DNA of 64,000 nucleotides from Candidatus Moranbacteria bacterium GW2011_GWC2_40_12 (GCA_000995965.1 LBYD01000002.1:135889-199888); one strand, 5' to 3'; shown: positions 36,967 through 47,171, counted from the first letter of the stretch. A program made the numbers and translations. The notes: a model not told the origin generated them from the letters alone.

Positions 36967-37710
36967 TTAGTATGTTTGCTTCTTGACTTCCCTATACCTT
37001 CTCCAAAGCCAGAATCCTAAACTGGCGAGGACAAGAATTATTCCGGCAGCGATGAGAATCCATTTGCCTGGCGCCGTGGAGTTATTTTCCGTGTCAGTTT
37101 GCACGATGCCGGCTTTTTCCATCAAAACCGGATCAAGTTTCGTCTCCCCTTTCACGCAATCCCGGGGGCAATTTTCGCTGTCCTCAATCGGTGTGTCGCA
37201 CTTTCCATTCTCATTGCAGGTGGCTTTGGAAGCGAGATCAATCGTCAAAACCTTTTTCCCGAATGGGTCGTAGATGTCGGCGTATTTCCCGTTGGGGAAA
37301 TATGGCATATCAATAGTGAGCTCTCCTTCAGTAAGATCGCTACACCCGCCGCTTATCTTTTCAGAGGCCATATCAAAGTGATCTTCACAGAGCGTAGAAG
37401 ATAAATTATTGGCTACCGGAAAAAATCCCAGAGAATTCCCCACGAAAGATACGATTACTCCATTGGTTATTTTTCCTTTGTAAGAACTGTAATCTTTGCT
37501 ATATGAACAGCTCCCCAATATAATCTCAAATTTCTTCACCTCAAGCTGCTTTTCATTTTTAAATATACTAACTTTAACTTCTCGTTCTGTTTGATAAGAA
37601 GGTGGAGCAATGTTTTCCGAGACCGCAGATACTCGAATGCTATAAATCAGAAAAAACAGTATGCCCATAGTAATGTCTAAAAAAGCTAAGTCTCTTTGTT
37701 TCAAAGTCAT
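36967..37710 (-). CDS. secreted/membrane-anchored hypothetical protein
   Basis: N-terminal signal/TM, Cys-containing ectodomain (CPRDC), C-terminal TM anchor. Confidence 0.4.
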   Translation of the reverse strand: MTLKQRDLAFLDITMGILFFLIYSIRVSAVSENIAPPSYQTEREVKVSIFKNEKQLEVKKFEIILGSCSYSKDYSSYKGKITNGVIVSFVGNSLGFFPVANNLSSTLCEDHFDMASEKISGGCSDLTEGELTIDMPYFPNGKYADIYDPFGKKVLTIDLASKATCNENGKCDTPIEDSENCPRDCVKGETKLDPVLMEKAGIVQTDTENNSTAPGKWILIAAGIILVLASLGFWLWRRYREVKKQTY

Positions 37711-37749
37711 AAGCGTTACAAAAAATAGCTGTTTCCTCTTGTGTTTAAT

Positions 37750-39474
37750 CTAGTATTCTATAATAATGGTCTCTTTAACTGGTGAGATTAAGTCGCCCAG
37801 CTCATTCCACGGACCTTTAGGCCATTGAATAGCCCAGTATTTTAAGATAAATGTGTTTACAGATCCGAATGTTGCGTTAGAATCACTTTTCATAATACTG
37901 CTACTGGAAGATCTATAAAATTCGGTTGTTGAGTATAAGCATCCGGGGACACATTCTTGGCTTAAATTCCGATTTTTCCATTTAGGACAATTTTTGTCGG
38001 GCGTGCAATTCAAAGTATATCCGAACGAGTTTTGGAAATAATTTCTATAATCTTTCCCTAAATTAGTATATTCGTCATCTAAATGTCCAAAAGAATGACC
38101 TATTTGTTCATGGGAGAAAACATTAGGCTGTATTAGCGCATCTTCGCAATATTGCGCAGACCCATTAATTATGGCTCTTGCTTTTTTGCCCGTCCCCGAA
38201 AAGATATAGCCGTAGCTTGAATATTTTGCTTCCGGGCAGTTTTCATCTTTTTCGTTCACATCTAATATTTTACTGCTCCAATATATCGCAAATTTTGAAT
38301 CAAAATATGGAAGATTTTGCTCGGACTCGTTTTCAGCAATCTGCGCTGCAACTGGTGGTTCGATAATATGGGAACCATCCTCTTCCCAGTCAGATTGTGA
38401 AAACGGACATAGTTTATTTCTGACATTTGTGTCATTGCTTCGAACAAGAATGAAAATAAACTCTGCAGACGGATTGCCGCCAGAAAAGTGACAGGTGTTG
38501 TTTTCGCCACAAGATGTGCAGCCCTCAGTATTAAACGTTGGCTTCCCCGGGACTTGCGCATTCACTTTCGGAATGTTTAAACTATTTCCTAAAAAAGAAA
38601 ATTTATCTTTCGTTTCCGCGCCGGCGGTTTCCGTATTCGGGCACGAATTTATATAAACCTTCGCCTGATTCGAATTTTTTTCCTGATATTTCGCTTCGAC
38701 ATACGGCGGGCTTTCAGATGATGATCCAAGCGAGGTCGTCACGGCCTGAACGAGGCCTTTCGCCACTTTGATTTGCGTTTCGTCGCTGGCTTTCCATTCA
38801 GCTTGCGCCGTTATATTCTCTTCGCTTGTTTCAGTCGAGCCGTCGCTTTTCTGGCAGGTGTATTTTGCGACGGCTTTGAGCTGTTTCGTTTTTCCTTTGT
38901 CGTCTTCAGAAAGCGTATCGAGGACAATATAAAATCCGGTTCCGTCTCCTTCCAGCTTGAAATCTTTTTCGTCGCATTGGATTTTGATTGAATCAAGCTT
39001 CCTGTCTTTCTGGTCGCATTTGGTTTCGGCCTTTTTCTCCCCGTCTTCGCTCGCAGTCTGGCTTTCGTTGCTGGCTATGTCAGCGCTGCCCTGGCAGTCA
39101 AACTGCCACCAGTTGGTGACTTTGTTGTATCCTGTCGCTTTGAGGATCGCGTCGACGACCAGCCAGGAGAAATGATAAAGTAAAAAGCCGGCGAGGACGG
39201 TGATAAACGTTTTTTTTGCGAGCTCCATCAAATTCTTGCTTCCGCTTGAGAACATATACAGTATTCCGGCGATGATGATGAAAACAGTCACGACGGCGAC
39301 AATAATAATCCCGAGATAGTCAAAAATCCTTTTCATGCCCGATATGATGTCGCAGAGATTGCAATTGTCCTTGCAGGGGACAAGTTCGAGCGCATGAGCG
39401 CAAAAAGGCGACGCGAAGATAAGCGCGAAAAAAATCAATAAGAAGATTGTTTTCTTACTCTTGATCTGGCTCAT
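37750..39474 (-). CDS. VirB2/TrbC-like pilin-domain protein with large extracellular C-terminal domain
   Basis: Signal peptide, Cys-rich segment, then two TM helices (IIIVAVVTVFIIIAGILY / FITVLAGFLLYHFSWLVV), followed by a ~450 aa Cys-rich domain that includes SHEQIGHSFGH. Confidence 0.45.
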   Translation of the reverse strand: MSQIKSKKTIFLLIFFALIFASPFCAHALELVPCKDNCNLCDIISGMKRIFDYLGIIIVAVVTVFIIIAGILYMFSSGSKNLMELAKKTFITVLAGFLLYHFSWLVVDAILKATGYNKVTNWWQFDCQGSADIASNESQTASEDGEKKAETKCDQKDRKLDSIKIQCDEKDFKLEGDGTGFYIVLDTLSEDDKGKTKQLKAVAKYTCQKSDGSTETSEENITAQAEWKASDETQIKVAKGLVQAVTTSLGSSSESPPYVEAKYQEKNSNQAKVYINSCPNTETAGAETKDKFSFLGNSLNIPKVNAQVPGKPTFNTEGCTSCGENNTCHFSGGNPSAEFIFILVRSNDTNVRNKLCPFSQSDWEEDGSHIIEPPVAAQIAENESEQNLPYFDSKFAIYWSSKILDVNEKDENCPEAKYSSYGYIFSGTGKKARAIINGSAQYCEDALIQPNVFSHEQIGHSFGHLDDEYTNLGKDYRNYFQNSFGYTLNCTPDKNCPKWKNRNLSQECVPGCLYSTTEFYRSSSSSIMKSDSNATFGSVNTFILKYWAIQWPKGPWNELGDLISPVKETIIIEY

Positions 39475-39485
39475 GAATCAGATAA

Positions 39486-40649
39486 TTATATAGACAGCTT
39501 GTGAAGTTTTCCATCACTCTTTGAGACAAAGAAGAGTGATTTTTCATCCGGGGAAAGGAAAGGGTTGAGGACGTCGTAGGAGCTGCCGATTTTCTCCGGA
39601 TCAACCAGTCTCTCTTTTTTGCCGCTTGTTATGTCGATTTTCCAAAATGTATCTGAAGTCGTGACTTTTCCCTCTTGCCAGTCGTTGGGAAGAATGGCCG
39701 AATCCGGAATATCTCCGGGCATGGCGCAATATAAAGTTTTTGAATCAGACGACCAGGCGCATTTCGCCGCAAAGGTAGGAAAAACCAATGACTGAATCTC
39801 GCCTCCCTGCCGGCTCATAAGGAGAAGATCAATCTTATGGCCCCCTTTTTCATCTGAAGCGCTTAAAGCGGCCTGGTCTCCATTGGGGGACCAAAGAAGG
39901 TCAACTCCATAACGGTCCTTGAAAAGCTCTTTTTGGTTTTCTCCACCGAACGTCACAGAAGCTACAAAAGCAGCGGTAAAGGCATTGGGGCTGGGCCAGA
40001 AAGAAATATCGGATGAGCCTGGGATGGGGGCCATTTCAGCGCTGCGATAGCTCATTTCGGCAACCGTATGCCAGTTTTTGCCATCCGGATCAGCGACATT
40101 TACGGTTCGCTTTTTTGTTTTTGGATCATAGTGTTTATAGATAATCTTGTCTCCAAGATTGGACCAGGAAACTGAGTCAATATTTCCTTTGAGCACGGAC
40201 ACTTTTTTCCCGGAAATGTCAAAATAGAGAAATTTCGCCATGCCCGGCGCGGGTTCTGTTTTGATGATCGCCTTGTTTCTTGGCTTGTTCCAAGTGATTT
40301 TTTTGATATCTTCAAATTTTTCAGTGGAGAGAACCTTTTCCAATTTTCCGGAAAGGTCGAATTGGTTAAGCTGTCCGTTGCTCGCCAAAAAAGCGTAAAG
40401 AAAATTCCCGTCTGGCGAGAGAGTCGCGCCAAAAACGGGCTCATCAGAAATAGCTTGGATGGACGCGTTTTTTTCGGCTGTTTTTCCCGAAGAATCCGTT
40501 GCGTTGAGTTTCCCCTCCTCGCTGATCTTCGCGTTGTCCAAACCCTCCTCCTGGGAAGCCGGTTTTTTGAAAAGAAAATTATAGGCAAAAATGGCCCCAA
40601 TCACGAGCACCAGAAGAAGAGTCGAAATGGCGAATATTTTTTTAGTCAT
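39486..40649 (-). CDS. secreted beta-propeller (TolB/PD40-like) protein
   Basis: N-terminal TM plus repeated ..SPDG..LY.. / WSPNGD.. / LSPDEKSLFF segments. Confidence 0.5.
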   Translation of the reverse strand: MTKKIFAISTLLLVLVIGAIFAYNFLFKKPASQEEGLDNAKISEEGKLNATDSSGKTAEKNASIQAISDEPVFGATLSPDGNFLYAFLASNGQLNQFDLSGKLEKVLSTEKFEDIKKITWNKPRNKAIIKTEPAPGMAKFLYFDISGKKVSVLKGNIDSVSWSNLGDKIIYKHYDPKTKKRTVNVADPDGKNWHTVAEMSYRSAEMAPIPGSSDISFWPSPNAFTAAFVASVTFGGENQKELFKDRYGVDLLWSPNGDQAALSASDEKGGHKIDLLLMSRQGGEIQSLVFPTFAAKCAWSSDSKTLYCAMPGDIPDSAILPNDWQEGKVTTSDTFWKIDITSGKKERLVDPEKIGSSYDVLNPFLSPDEKSLFFVSKSDGKLHKLSI

Positions 40650-40670
40650 ATAGTTGAGAACAAAGCCTTT

Positions 40671-41222
40671 TTATTCATTTTGATAATAATCAATCAGCAA
40701 ATTTCTGATCTCTTCATCGGGATTGCCTAGAATTTTATATTCTTCTCCCGAAGAAGTTTCTTCCGAAAGCAGATAAACTCGGCTACCAGATTTATCATAG
40801 GCGATAACAATTCCCGTCCCGCCGCAATTGTGTTCCGTGCATCCGAATAGAAGGAGGATTTCCCGGCCATCGTTCAGTACGATGTTTGATGCCGGTGTTG
40901 ACACGGCCATTTTAGCGATTGAAAAATCAGACATCAGCTCTTTGGTTTGTCCGACTATGTTCGGGCTGTCCTTCAGAATATCATGGGAATATTGCTCCAA
41001 TCTGTAGGGCTGGTACTTATTTTCCTGTTTCCTTTTTTCCCATTCAGAGGAAAAAGAAGAAGGCGGGAGCGGGATGGGCTGGTCGATTTCTTCCGGAGCC
41101 TTTTTTTCCTCGGGACGATTTGCGTTCTTTTTTGAGATGAAAAAAATCAAAGTCAGCGCAAGGGCGAATATCGTCAAGGAAATAAAAATAATTGAAAAAT
41201 ATTTTTTTGTTGCGCCACTCAT
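40671..41222 (-). CDS. small secreted/membrane-anchored hypothetical protein
   Basis: 183 aa with an N-terminal TM. Confidence 0.4.
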   Translation of the reverse strand: MSGATKKYFSIIFISLTIFALALTLIFFISKKNANRPEEKKAPEEIDQPIPLPPSSFSSEWEKRKQENKYQPYRLEQYSHDILKDSPNIVGQTKELMSDFSIAKMAVSTPASNIVLNDGREILLLFGCTEHNCGGTGIVIAYDKSGSRVYLLSEETSSGEEYKILGNPDEEIRNLLIDYYQNE

Positions 41223-41310
41223 ATTTTTTTAGCGAGGCGATTATACCATTATGGATTATCTTTGGAAAGAGGCGAACAGACGACCGGGAAATTTCCAGTT
41301 TTTTCAGTTT

Positions 41311-42222
41311 CTATTTGACGGTGCACGGTTCATTTTTGTATGATTCGGATTTTCCCATGACACTGGGGATGTATTTTTTGGTTTCGTTGGGCATTGGCTG
41401 TCCCTTTTTGCCTAGTCCTGTTTTCAAAAAAGAATCCATGTTTCCCGTTCCCCAATTGTATGCTCCTAAAGCATTTTCCCAATTGCCGTATTTGCTGTAC
41501 ATCTGGGATAAATATTTGGTTCCTCCCATGATGTTTTGGTATGGATCAGCACTGTTCGTAACGCCAAGCCCGCTGGCTGTTCCTGGCATAAGCTGCATCA
41601 AGCCAAAAGCACCGGCAGGGCTTTTAGCATTGTAAATCCCCATGCTCTCCTGGTCGATAACGGCCTTTATTATGTATTCGGGCACTCCAAATTTTGCGGA
41701 AGCTTCCATGATGATATCGCAATATGAATTTACCCGTTCCTTGACCGATCCTTTGAGAGAAATGGCGTCATATTTTCCGCTAGTCGTTCCTGTCGCTACT
41801 GTCCCCGTTGGCGTTTCCGCGATGTTGATAGTGCAGGGAACTGTTTCGCCGAGGCTCACTTTCACGAGATTGGGGTTGATGGTGTAGAGGATTATCCAGG
41901 AAAGAAGCCCAAGGAAGAGACCCAGTATGGCGTAGTTGACGGTGTTCTTGGCGCTGGTCATCTTGGCCGTGTTTCCGATGGAGACAATATACTGGAAAGC
42001 GCCGATGCCCAGCATGAACATGGTCAGGATTCCGATGGTCGCGTAGCCGAAACAGATGATTTGCTGGATATAAGTGGATATGTCGCAAGTCCTCGAAGTA
42101 GCTCCGGGAATCATCTGCTGATTGGAATAGAGGTTTACTTCCGCGGAGAAAACAGGCCGGAGAATAAAAATACTCACAAAAAAAATAGCGAACGCCAGCA
42201 AAATTGTTTTTTTGTTTTTCAT
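41311..42222 (-). CDS. VirB2/TrbC-like pilin domain fused to SLT-family lytic transglycosylase (VirB1-like)
   Basis: N-terminus IPGATS..CFGYATIGILTMFMLGIGAFQYI..AILGLFLGLLSWIIL is paralogous to 42376-42765. C-terminus ..DQESMGIYNAKSPAGAFGLMQLMPGTA..AYNWG is an SLT domain. Start set at the internal ATG (MKNKKTILLAF). Confidence 0.6.
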   Translation of the reverse strand: MKNKKTILLAFAIFFVSIFILRPVFSAEVNLYSNQQMIPGATSRTCDISTYIQQIICFGYATIGILTMFMLGIGAFQYIVSIGNTAKMTSAKNTVNYAILGLFLGLLSWIILYTINPNLVKVSLGETVPCTINIAETPTGTVATGTTSGKYDAISLKGSVKERVNSYCDIIMEASAKFGVPEYIIKAVIDQESMGIYNAKSPAGAFGLMQLMPGTASGLGVTNSADPYQNIMGGTKYLSQMYSKYGNWENALGAYNWGTGNMDSFLKTGLGKKGQPMPNETKKYIPSVMGKSESYKNEPCTVK

Positions 42223-42375
42223 TTTTCCAATTCCAAAAATGTCTTGAAAAAATTCTTCGATTTCTGGGATAAAATTACCAACCGGTTCCTGATCCTCCTC
42301 CTCCGCTGCCGGTTCCCCCGGCATTTCCCGTGCCGGTACTCCCACTTTGCGAGCCTGGTGGTGAGCTGCTCTGAT

Positions 42376-42765
42376 TTACTGCCCCCCCACAGAGATATTC
42401 TTGAAGGCCACGAGATCAGGATGGATTTTGGAAAGGATTATCCAGGAAAGAAGCCCAAGCACAAGGCCGAAAACGGCCGAACCAATCGTTTCCCGGGCGC
42501 TTTCCGCTTTGCCAATGTTCCCGGCGGCCATCAGATACTGGTAAGCTCCGATACAGAGCATAAACATGGCCAAAATTCCAATCGTCGCGTAGCCGAAACC
42601 GATTATATCTTTGACATACGGAATAAATTCCGATTGCTGACTGGAGGCTCCCGGAATTTTTTCCTGGTTTTGGTACTGATACTGAGCCAGAGCCGATGAT
42701 CCGAAAAGAATAGCAATGCACAAGAAAGCGGAAACATTCAGAAATAATTTTCTAATTATTTTCAT
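42376..42765 (-). CDS. VirB2/TrbC-like pilin
   Basis: 129 aa: signal peptide then IPGASS..IGFGYATIGILAMFMLCIGAYQYL..AVFGLVLGLLSWIIL. Confidence 0.55.
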   Translation of the reverse strand: MKIIRKLFLNVSAFLCIAILFGSSALAQYQYQNQEKIPGASSQQSEFIPYVKDIIGFGYATIGILAMFMLCIGAYQYLMAAGNIGKAESARETIGSAVFGLVLGLLSWIILSKIHPDLVAFKNISVGGQ

Positions 42766-45700
42766 GGCCTGTGAACTTTTGAATTAGGGAATAAAGCCAA
42801 AAACTGGCAAAAAGCATGATAAGAACGGTGAGTGCCAAACGAAGATTATACATTACATAATGCGGCAGGTGGGTTCCGATGGCGGCCAGGAGCTGGGTCG
42901 GTTTACCCGAACTGATTATGTCAGTCACCGGTTCTTCGACGGTCGTGACGGTGATAGAGCGGTCGCTTTCGAGAGGACGCGGGACGATGTCCCAAGCGTT
43001 GAGCATAATATTCACTTCATCTTCTGACCAATATTTTTTCAGGTTGACCGAGATATTCAAGTAGGCGCCAACGCTTTCGGGAGCGACGAAAATCAAATCG
43101 TCTCCTTCAACTGTGAGCACATTGAGGTCTCCGTATGTTTCTTCAAAGCTTTCATCGCTGATGCTCAATCCTCCAAATTGCCAGTCAATGACGGTGTTTT
43201 CGTCTTCCGCGAGAAGATAATAGGGCACAAAATCAAGATAAAGGGAAACATTTGAGCCTGGAAAAGTTTCGAGCATATTGAGATTTTCCACAACCTGGTA
43301 CGAATCCTTTGTTGAGCCGACTTTTACGTTTTCGGACTTGGGCCAGGCAGTAAGTTTGTCTGACGATCGGATGAGCGCTACCGGTTCTACAACCGTGATA
43401 AGCCGGCTAGATTTCACCGGCTCAAGTTTATCCTTTGGAGTCACGGTAACGGAAACCTCTTCAATCTGCTGCTCATTTTTGGTGATCGGGAAAAAAACGG
43501 TAGTGTTTGACCAGCCGTTGAAATATTCGGAAACATTCGTTGGCGTGTTGAGGGGATTTCCGTTCGTCTGCCAGGCAAATTCACTGTTGCTGGTATTGTA
43601 GCGATCACCGGAAATTTTGGCGGCAAGCATCTGGCCTTTGACAGCTGGGCAAAGAGCGGCATAGAGCCCCTCCGTGCAAATTTTGTCGGGGCTGCTGCTT
43701 CCGCTGTCAAAACCGGCTTTTTTGTCAGTGATAACCACTCGATATAGGTCAATTTTAACGCCATCCTTGTTTACGGGAATGATGACGCTCGATCTGCCGC
43801 GATTTGCTTCAACGCCGGAGGTTTGGGCAACCGTGGCCGTGACTTTGAAATAAATGATATTATCTGCGGAAGCCTCCAGAGCCTTTTCCTTTGGAGTGAA
43901 ATTGAAATCGGTCAGTCCCAGTCCGGATGATTTGGAAGTCGTCGTGAAATTGTCGCTGATATCCAGGGCATCCCCCCAAGTGTCGGTTTTTGGGTCTCCC
44001 CTTTGGATTTGCCAGGTATAATAGAGAAAATTTGGATTGAGCTGGGTGTTGTCAAGGGAAGAAGAAACCGAGATTTTGTCAGCGTCAAGAATATTTCCAT
44101 TCTCGTCAATATTTTCAGCGTTTGCATCGCTGGGGTCTGCCACGGGATTGTCGGGAGAAAAAGAAAGGGAAATCTTCAATTTAACATTGCTCTGTTCATT
44201 CGGAGACCTTGTCGCCATAAATCCATAATTGTAATCACCAGAATTGTCGCAAAGGTCGCCGTCCAAAAGCTTGGTTTTTGTCGGATCGCAGACATCGAGA
44301 TAGCCCCACATAATCTTATAATAAGCGTTCTGCTCGTCAGTCGGGATCATGGAGGTTCCTTCAACGATGACTCCGACGCGATCGCCCGGTTGGTAAGTCC
44401 AGGTGAAATCCTGCTGACCGAGGCCAATGACATCGGCTTCGTCATTGAAGCCGTCGCCGTCCGTGTCGGGGTCAATCGGATCGGTTTTCCAGTATTGTTC
44501 TTCGCCAGTCGGAAATTTTCCGGAGCCGCTTTTGTAGCCAGGCGCGTTTTCCCATCGGTGCTTGCAATCCGTGCGGAAGTCCTGTCCTGAGGGATCCCCC
44601 CCGTAATCATTGGACGATCCGGAATATCCCTGATAGCCCAGGGGATCATAACTTGTTCCAAAATTATGTTCGAAGCACCTTGAATAGGAAGTATTGTCGC
44701 CGTATATGTTTCTCGCTTCTGCGGAGCCAACCGTAAAACTGCTTTCGTGGATAGCATCCCACTCTGCAACGCAGGCGCTATATTGGCTGTCGAGGCAACT
44801 TGCGAGCAGGCTTGTGTTTGTCGATTGAAGGGCACTGTAATCATAGCAACTTTCATAGGCTGCATCGTAGGAGCTGGGACAATAATTTGCGGCGCTGTCG
44901 TATTCTGAATAATCCGTATCCTCTGGGGCAGTAACAAGATAACAGCATTGGTTGTTTGAAGACAGAGTTGAGGAAAAAGTGATATTTGCTTGGCAATAGG
45001 TGCAATACTCGCCTGACTGGCTGGGCTGCATGGCGTAATAGCTGTTGAAACTGCTTTTTTCGGTATAAAGATTGCAGCTGCCCACAGAATGAGCCCCTTT
45101 GTCGTTGCAATAACCAGCGGCCGTGTTATAGGGCTCAAAATTATCGCTTTCTTCAGTCAATCCCCCGACACCGTCAGCTCCTCCCATTGGAGCCGCAGTC
45201 CTGCCTTCGTCATAGCTGTCGTCAATTGCCGGCCAGCCATCCCCGTCAGGGTCATCACTGGCGCTAGATGCGTAGTGTTGGCCGTCAAGGATGGGGTCAT
45301 AATCCCCCCGGGACATGATTCTGGCGGCTTCCCTTTTTCCGGAGTCGACTGAATTGGTGGCGGTTTGGGATGTGCCGTCTTCAGTATGGATCAAATACCA
45401 GGTGTAATAGAGATTCTGCGGATCATTCTTGAAAAATTCCGGCATTGCATGAGCCGTCACTTTCTCGCCGGCTTTCGGATTAGTATTGTCGAAAAACAGT
45501 TCCACCTTGGGAGGCGTGGTCTTTCGCTGGGCTGTTCGCCAGACATTTTCATTGATTCCGTACCTATTTTCGGAAGAACTCAGAAAATTTTCCGTGATGT
45601 CATTTGTGCGGGTCAAGGTTTGGTTTATGGCGTTGTTTGTTTCTTCGGCCACGTTGACCGTGCACCCATCCCAGAGAGAGCAGGAAAAAGCCTCGGCTGT

Positions 45701-45814
45701 TTTCGGGCTGAACGAAACAAGATTCAGAAAAATAAAGACAGATGTTGTTATGGTGGAAATTAGTTTTCTGTTTTTTTTCATTTTCATATATTTAAAGCGC
45801 TTAAAAACCTCCAA
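42752..45814 (-). CDS. very large cell-surface protein with thrombospondin-type-3-like Ca-binding repeats
   Basis: 1020 aa with signal peptide, DPDGDGWPAIDD and DPDTDGDGFNDEAD motifs, many Cys/Tyr/Ser, and a C-terminal TM anchor. Confidence 0.6.
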   Translation of the reverse strand: MEVFKRFKYMKMKKNRKLISTITTSVFIFLNLVSFSPKTAEAFSCSLWDGCTVNVAEETNNAINQTLTRTNDITENFLSSSENRYGINENVWRTAQRKTTPPKVELFFDNTNPKAGEKVTAHAMPEFFKNDPQNLYYTWYLIHTEDGTSQTATNSVDSGKREAARIMSRGDYDPILDGQHYASSASDDPDGDGWPAIDDSYDEGRTAAPMGGADGVGGLTEESDNFEPYNTAAGYCNDKGAHSVGSCNLYTEKSSFNSYYAMQPSQSGEYCTYCQANITFSSTLSSNNQCCYLVTAPEDTDYSEYDSAANYCPSSYDAAYESCYDYSALQSTNTSLLASCLDSQYSACVAEWDAIHESSFTVGSAEARNIYGDNTSYSRCFEHNFGTSYDPLGYQGYSGSSNDYGGDPSGQDFRTDCKHRWENAPGYKSGSGKFPTGEEQYWKTDPIDPDTDGDGFNDEADVIGLGQQDFTWTYQPGDRVGVIVEGTSMIPTDEQNAYYKIMWGYLDVCDPTKTKLLDGDLCDNSGDYNYGFMATRSPNEQSNVKLKISLSFSPDNPVADPSDANAENIDENGNILDADKISVSSSLDNTQLNPNFLYYTWQIQRGDPKTDTWGDALDISDNFTTTSKSSGLGLTDFNFTPKEKALEASADNIIYFKVTATVAQTSGVEANRGRSSVIIPVNKDGVKIDLYRVVITDKKAGFDSGSSSPDKICTEGLYAALCPAVKGQMLAAKISGDRYNTSNSEFAWQTNGNPLNTPTNVSEYFNGWSNTTVFFPITKNEQQIEEVSVTVTPKDKLEPVKSSRLITVVEPVALIRSSDKLTAWPKSENVKVGSTKDSYQVVENLNMLETFPGSNVSLYLDFVPYYLLAEDENTVIDWQFGGLSISDESFEETYGDLNVLTVEGDDLIFVAPESVGAYLNISVNLKKYWSEDEVNIMLNAWDIVPRPLESDRSITVTTVEEPVTDIISSGKPTQLLAAIGTHLPHYVMYNLRLALTVLIMLFASFWLYSLIQKFTGHENN

Positions 45815-46481
45815 AATTTATGTACCTTATTAGCATTATATCCAAGCCCAAGGAAATTAGCCACATTGCCGCGGCGGAATAATATAATGATCGGCTTTTT
45901 TGAACCACAAAACCGGAGAAAAGTGATGACCCCAAAACGAGAAAAATCATAGGCCACGGTCCCCTGATGGCAAGCAGAGTTTGAAAAAAGCTTTGCAGAA
46001 AAAGCGAGAATATCCCAAGCTTTTTTTCAAGTCCCAGCTGGATGAACCCCCGAAAGAAAAATTCCCAGAAAAAATGCATGGGAAGGGCGATGATAAGCTC
46101 GAACCAAAGAAAATACCAAAAATTTCTGGCTATTCCGGAAGGGAGGAAGAGCTGGTTGCGCCAAAAGACTTTCGAAACAATGAAATAGCTGGCGGCCGCA
46201 AGGACAAGGAAGGCAATCGCGGCAAGGATCATGCCGTTTCGGGCGTTTCCGATTTTCATTCCGAAATCTTTCAGATTTTCGTTGAGGACAAAACGAATGA
46301 TCAGCAAAGGAAAGACGAAGAATAAGGCCAGGGACATCCAAAAAACCTCGCCGCTCAAGTTTGCCGGGAAGATTAGCCTGACAAGGAGGACAAGGAGGGC
46401 GCAAAAACCGATCAAAAATTCACGCCGATGTTTTTTCAGAAATGGAGCTTGGGGGGATGTGTTTTTTAAGTTTATAGCCAT
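45801..46481 (-). CDS. CPBP (CAAX/Abi)-family intramembrane metalloprotease-like membrane protein
   Basis: Multi-TM with WEFFFRGF resembling the EExxxR motif. Confidence 0.4.
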   Translation of the reverse strand: MAINLKNTSPQAPFLKKHRREFLIGFCALLVLLVRLIFPANLSGEVFWMSLALFFVFPLLIIRFVLNENLKDFGMKIGNARNGMILAAIAFLVLAAASYFIVSKVFWRNQLFLPSGIARNFWYFLWFELIIALPMHFFWEFFFRGFIQLGLEKKLGIFSLFLQSFFQTLLAIRGPWPMIFLVLGSSLFSGFVVQKSRSLYYSAAAMWLISLGLDIMLIRYINFGGF

Positions 46482-46518
46482 TTTGTTAATTGAAATGATT
46501 TTTTATTTAAGCCGCTTC

Positions 46519-47148
46519 TTATTGCGAATAGCCGTCGGCGTATTGGGGCTTGGGCTGGTTTGGTTCATCTTTCTTTTCTTGGGATGAGGTGGCTCTGCCG
46601 AAGAGGACAAAACAATAAATCACAAGTGTATCAATGAACGCGAGAGGCAGCCAGCCGATGGCGGGAAGAGCTTCTAAGACGAATCCAATCCCCAATCCGG
46701 CAAAATATTTTCCGCTTTTCCTTGATGAAAGTTTTTCACCAATAAGCATAAGGCTGATAATTGTAAGAATCGTGAGCATTAATGAGAGGATGAAAAGGAT
46801 AATTGTTCCCAGCCCCGGAAGCATTGCATCTAGAGCGGCGCAACCGAAGTCGAGCAAATCTTTCAGCAGGGAAAACGGCAGGGCCAGGCAAAGATATGGC
46901 CAATCACGGGTCGGCGCAATTTGGCGAAACATGCCAAAAGCTAATTGAGCTGCTTGGCGCATGGCTGATTGAGGATCGGCGGCTATCTTGGCAAGATTTT
47001 TTGTAGCTTGTTTTGTATCGATTTTGCTGCTATTAATTTGCTGTCTTTGCTCGTTTTTCAACGCCTGACTCAATCTTTCTTGGCCTCTGGGATCGACAGT
47101 ATCACCGTCGCCGCCGAATTGATTGTTTTCTCCGGGTGATGAAAGCAT
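46519..47148 (-). CDS. membrane protein, hypothetical
   Basis: 209 aa; soluble N-terminus then 3-4 TM segments. Confidence 0.4.
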   Translation of the reverse strand: MLSSPGENNQFGGDGDTVDPRGQERLSQALKNEQRQQINSSKIDTKQATKNLAKIAADPQSAMRQAAQLAFGMFRQIAPTRDWPYLCLALPFSLLKDLLDFGCAALDAMLPGLGTIILFILSLMLTILTIISLMLIGEKLSSRKSGKYFAGLGIGFVLEALPAIGWLPLAFIDTLVIYCFVLFGRATSSQEKKDEPNQPKPQYADGYSQ

Positions 47149-47171
47149 AACTTATGCCAATATTATCTATA

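Noticed and set aside
41311-42345. N-terminal extension MGVPAREMPGEPAAEEEDQEP... of the pilin::SLT gene
   Set aside because: The extension is acidic with no signal peptide, whereas the internal start MKNKKTILLAF has a proper signal/TM and parallels the neighbouring pilin; the longer ORF is likely non-coding.
44347-45138. 263-aa minus-strand ORF, and the 195-aa plus-strand ORF at 44003-44590
   Set aside because: Both are alternative-frame or antisense artefacts inside the 1020-aa surface-protein gene.
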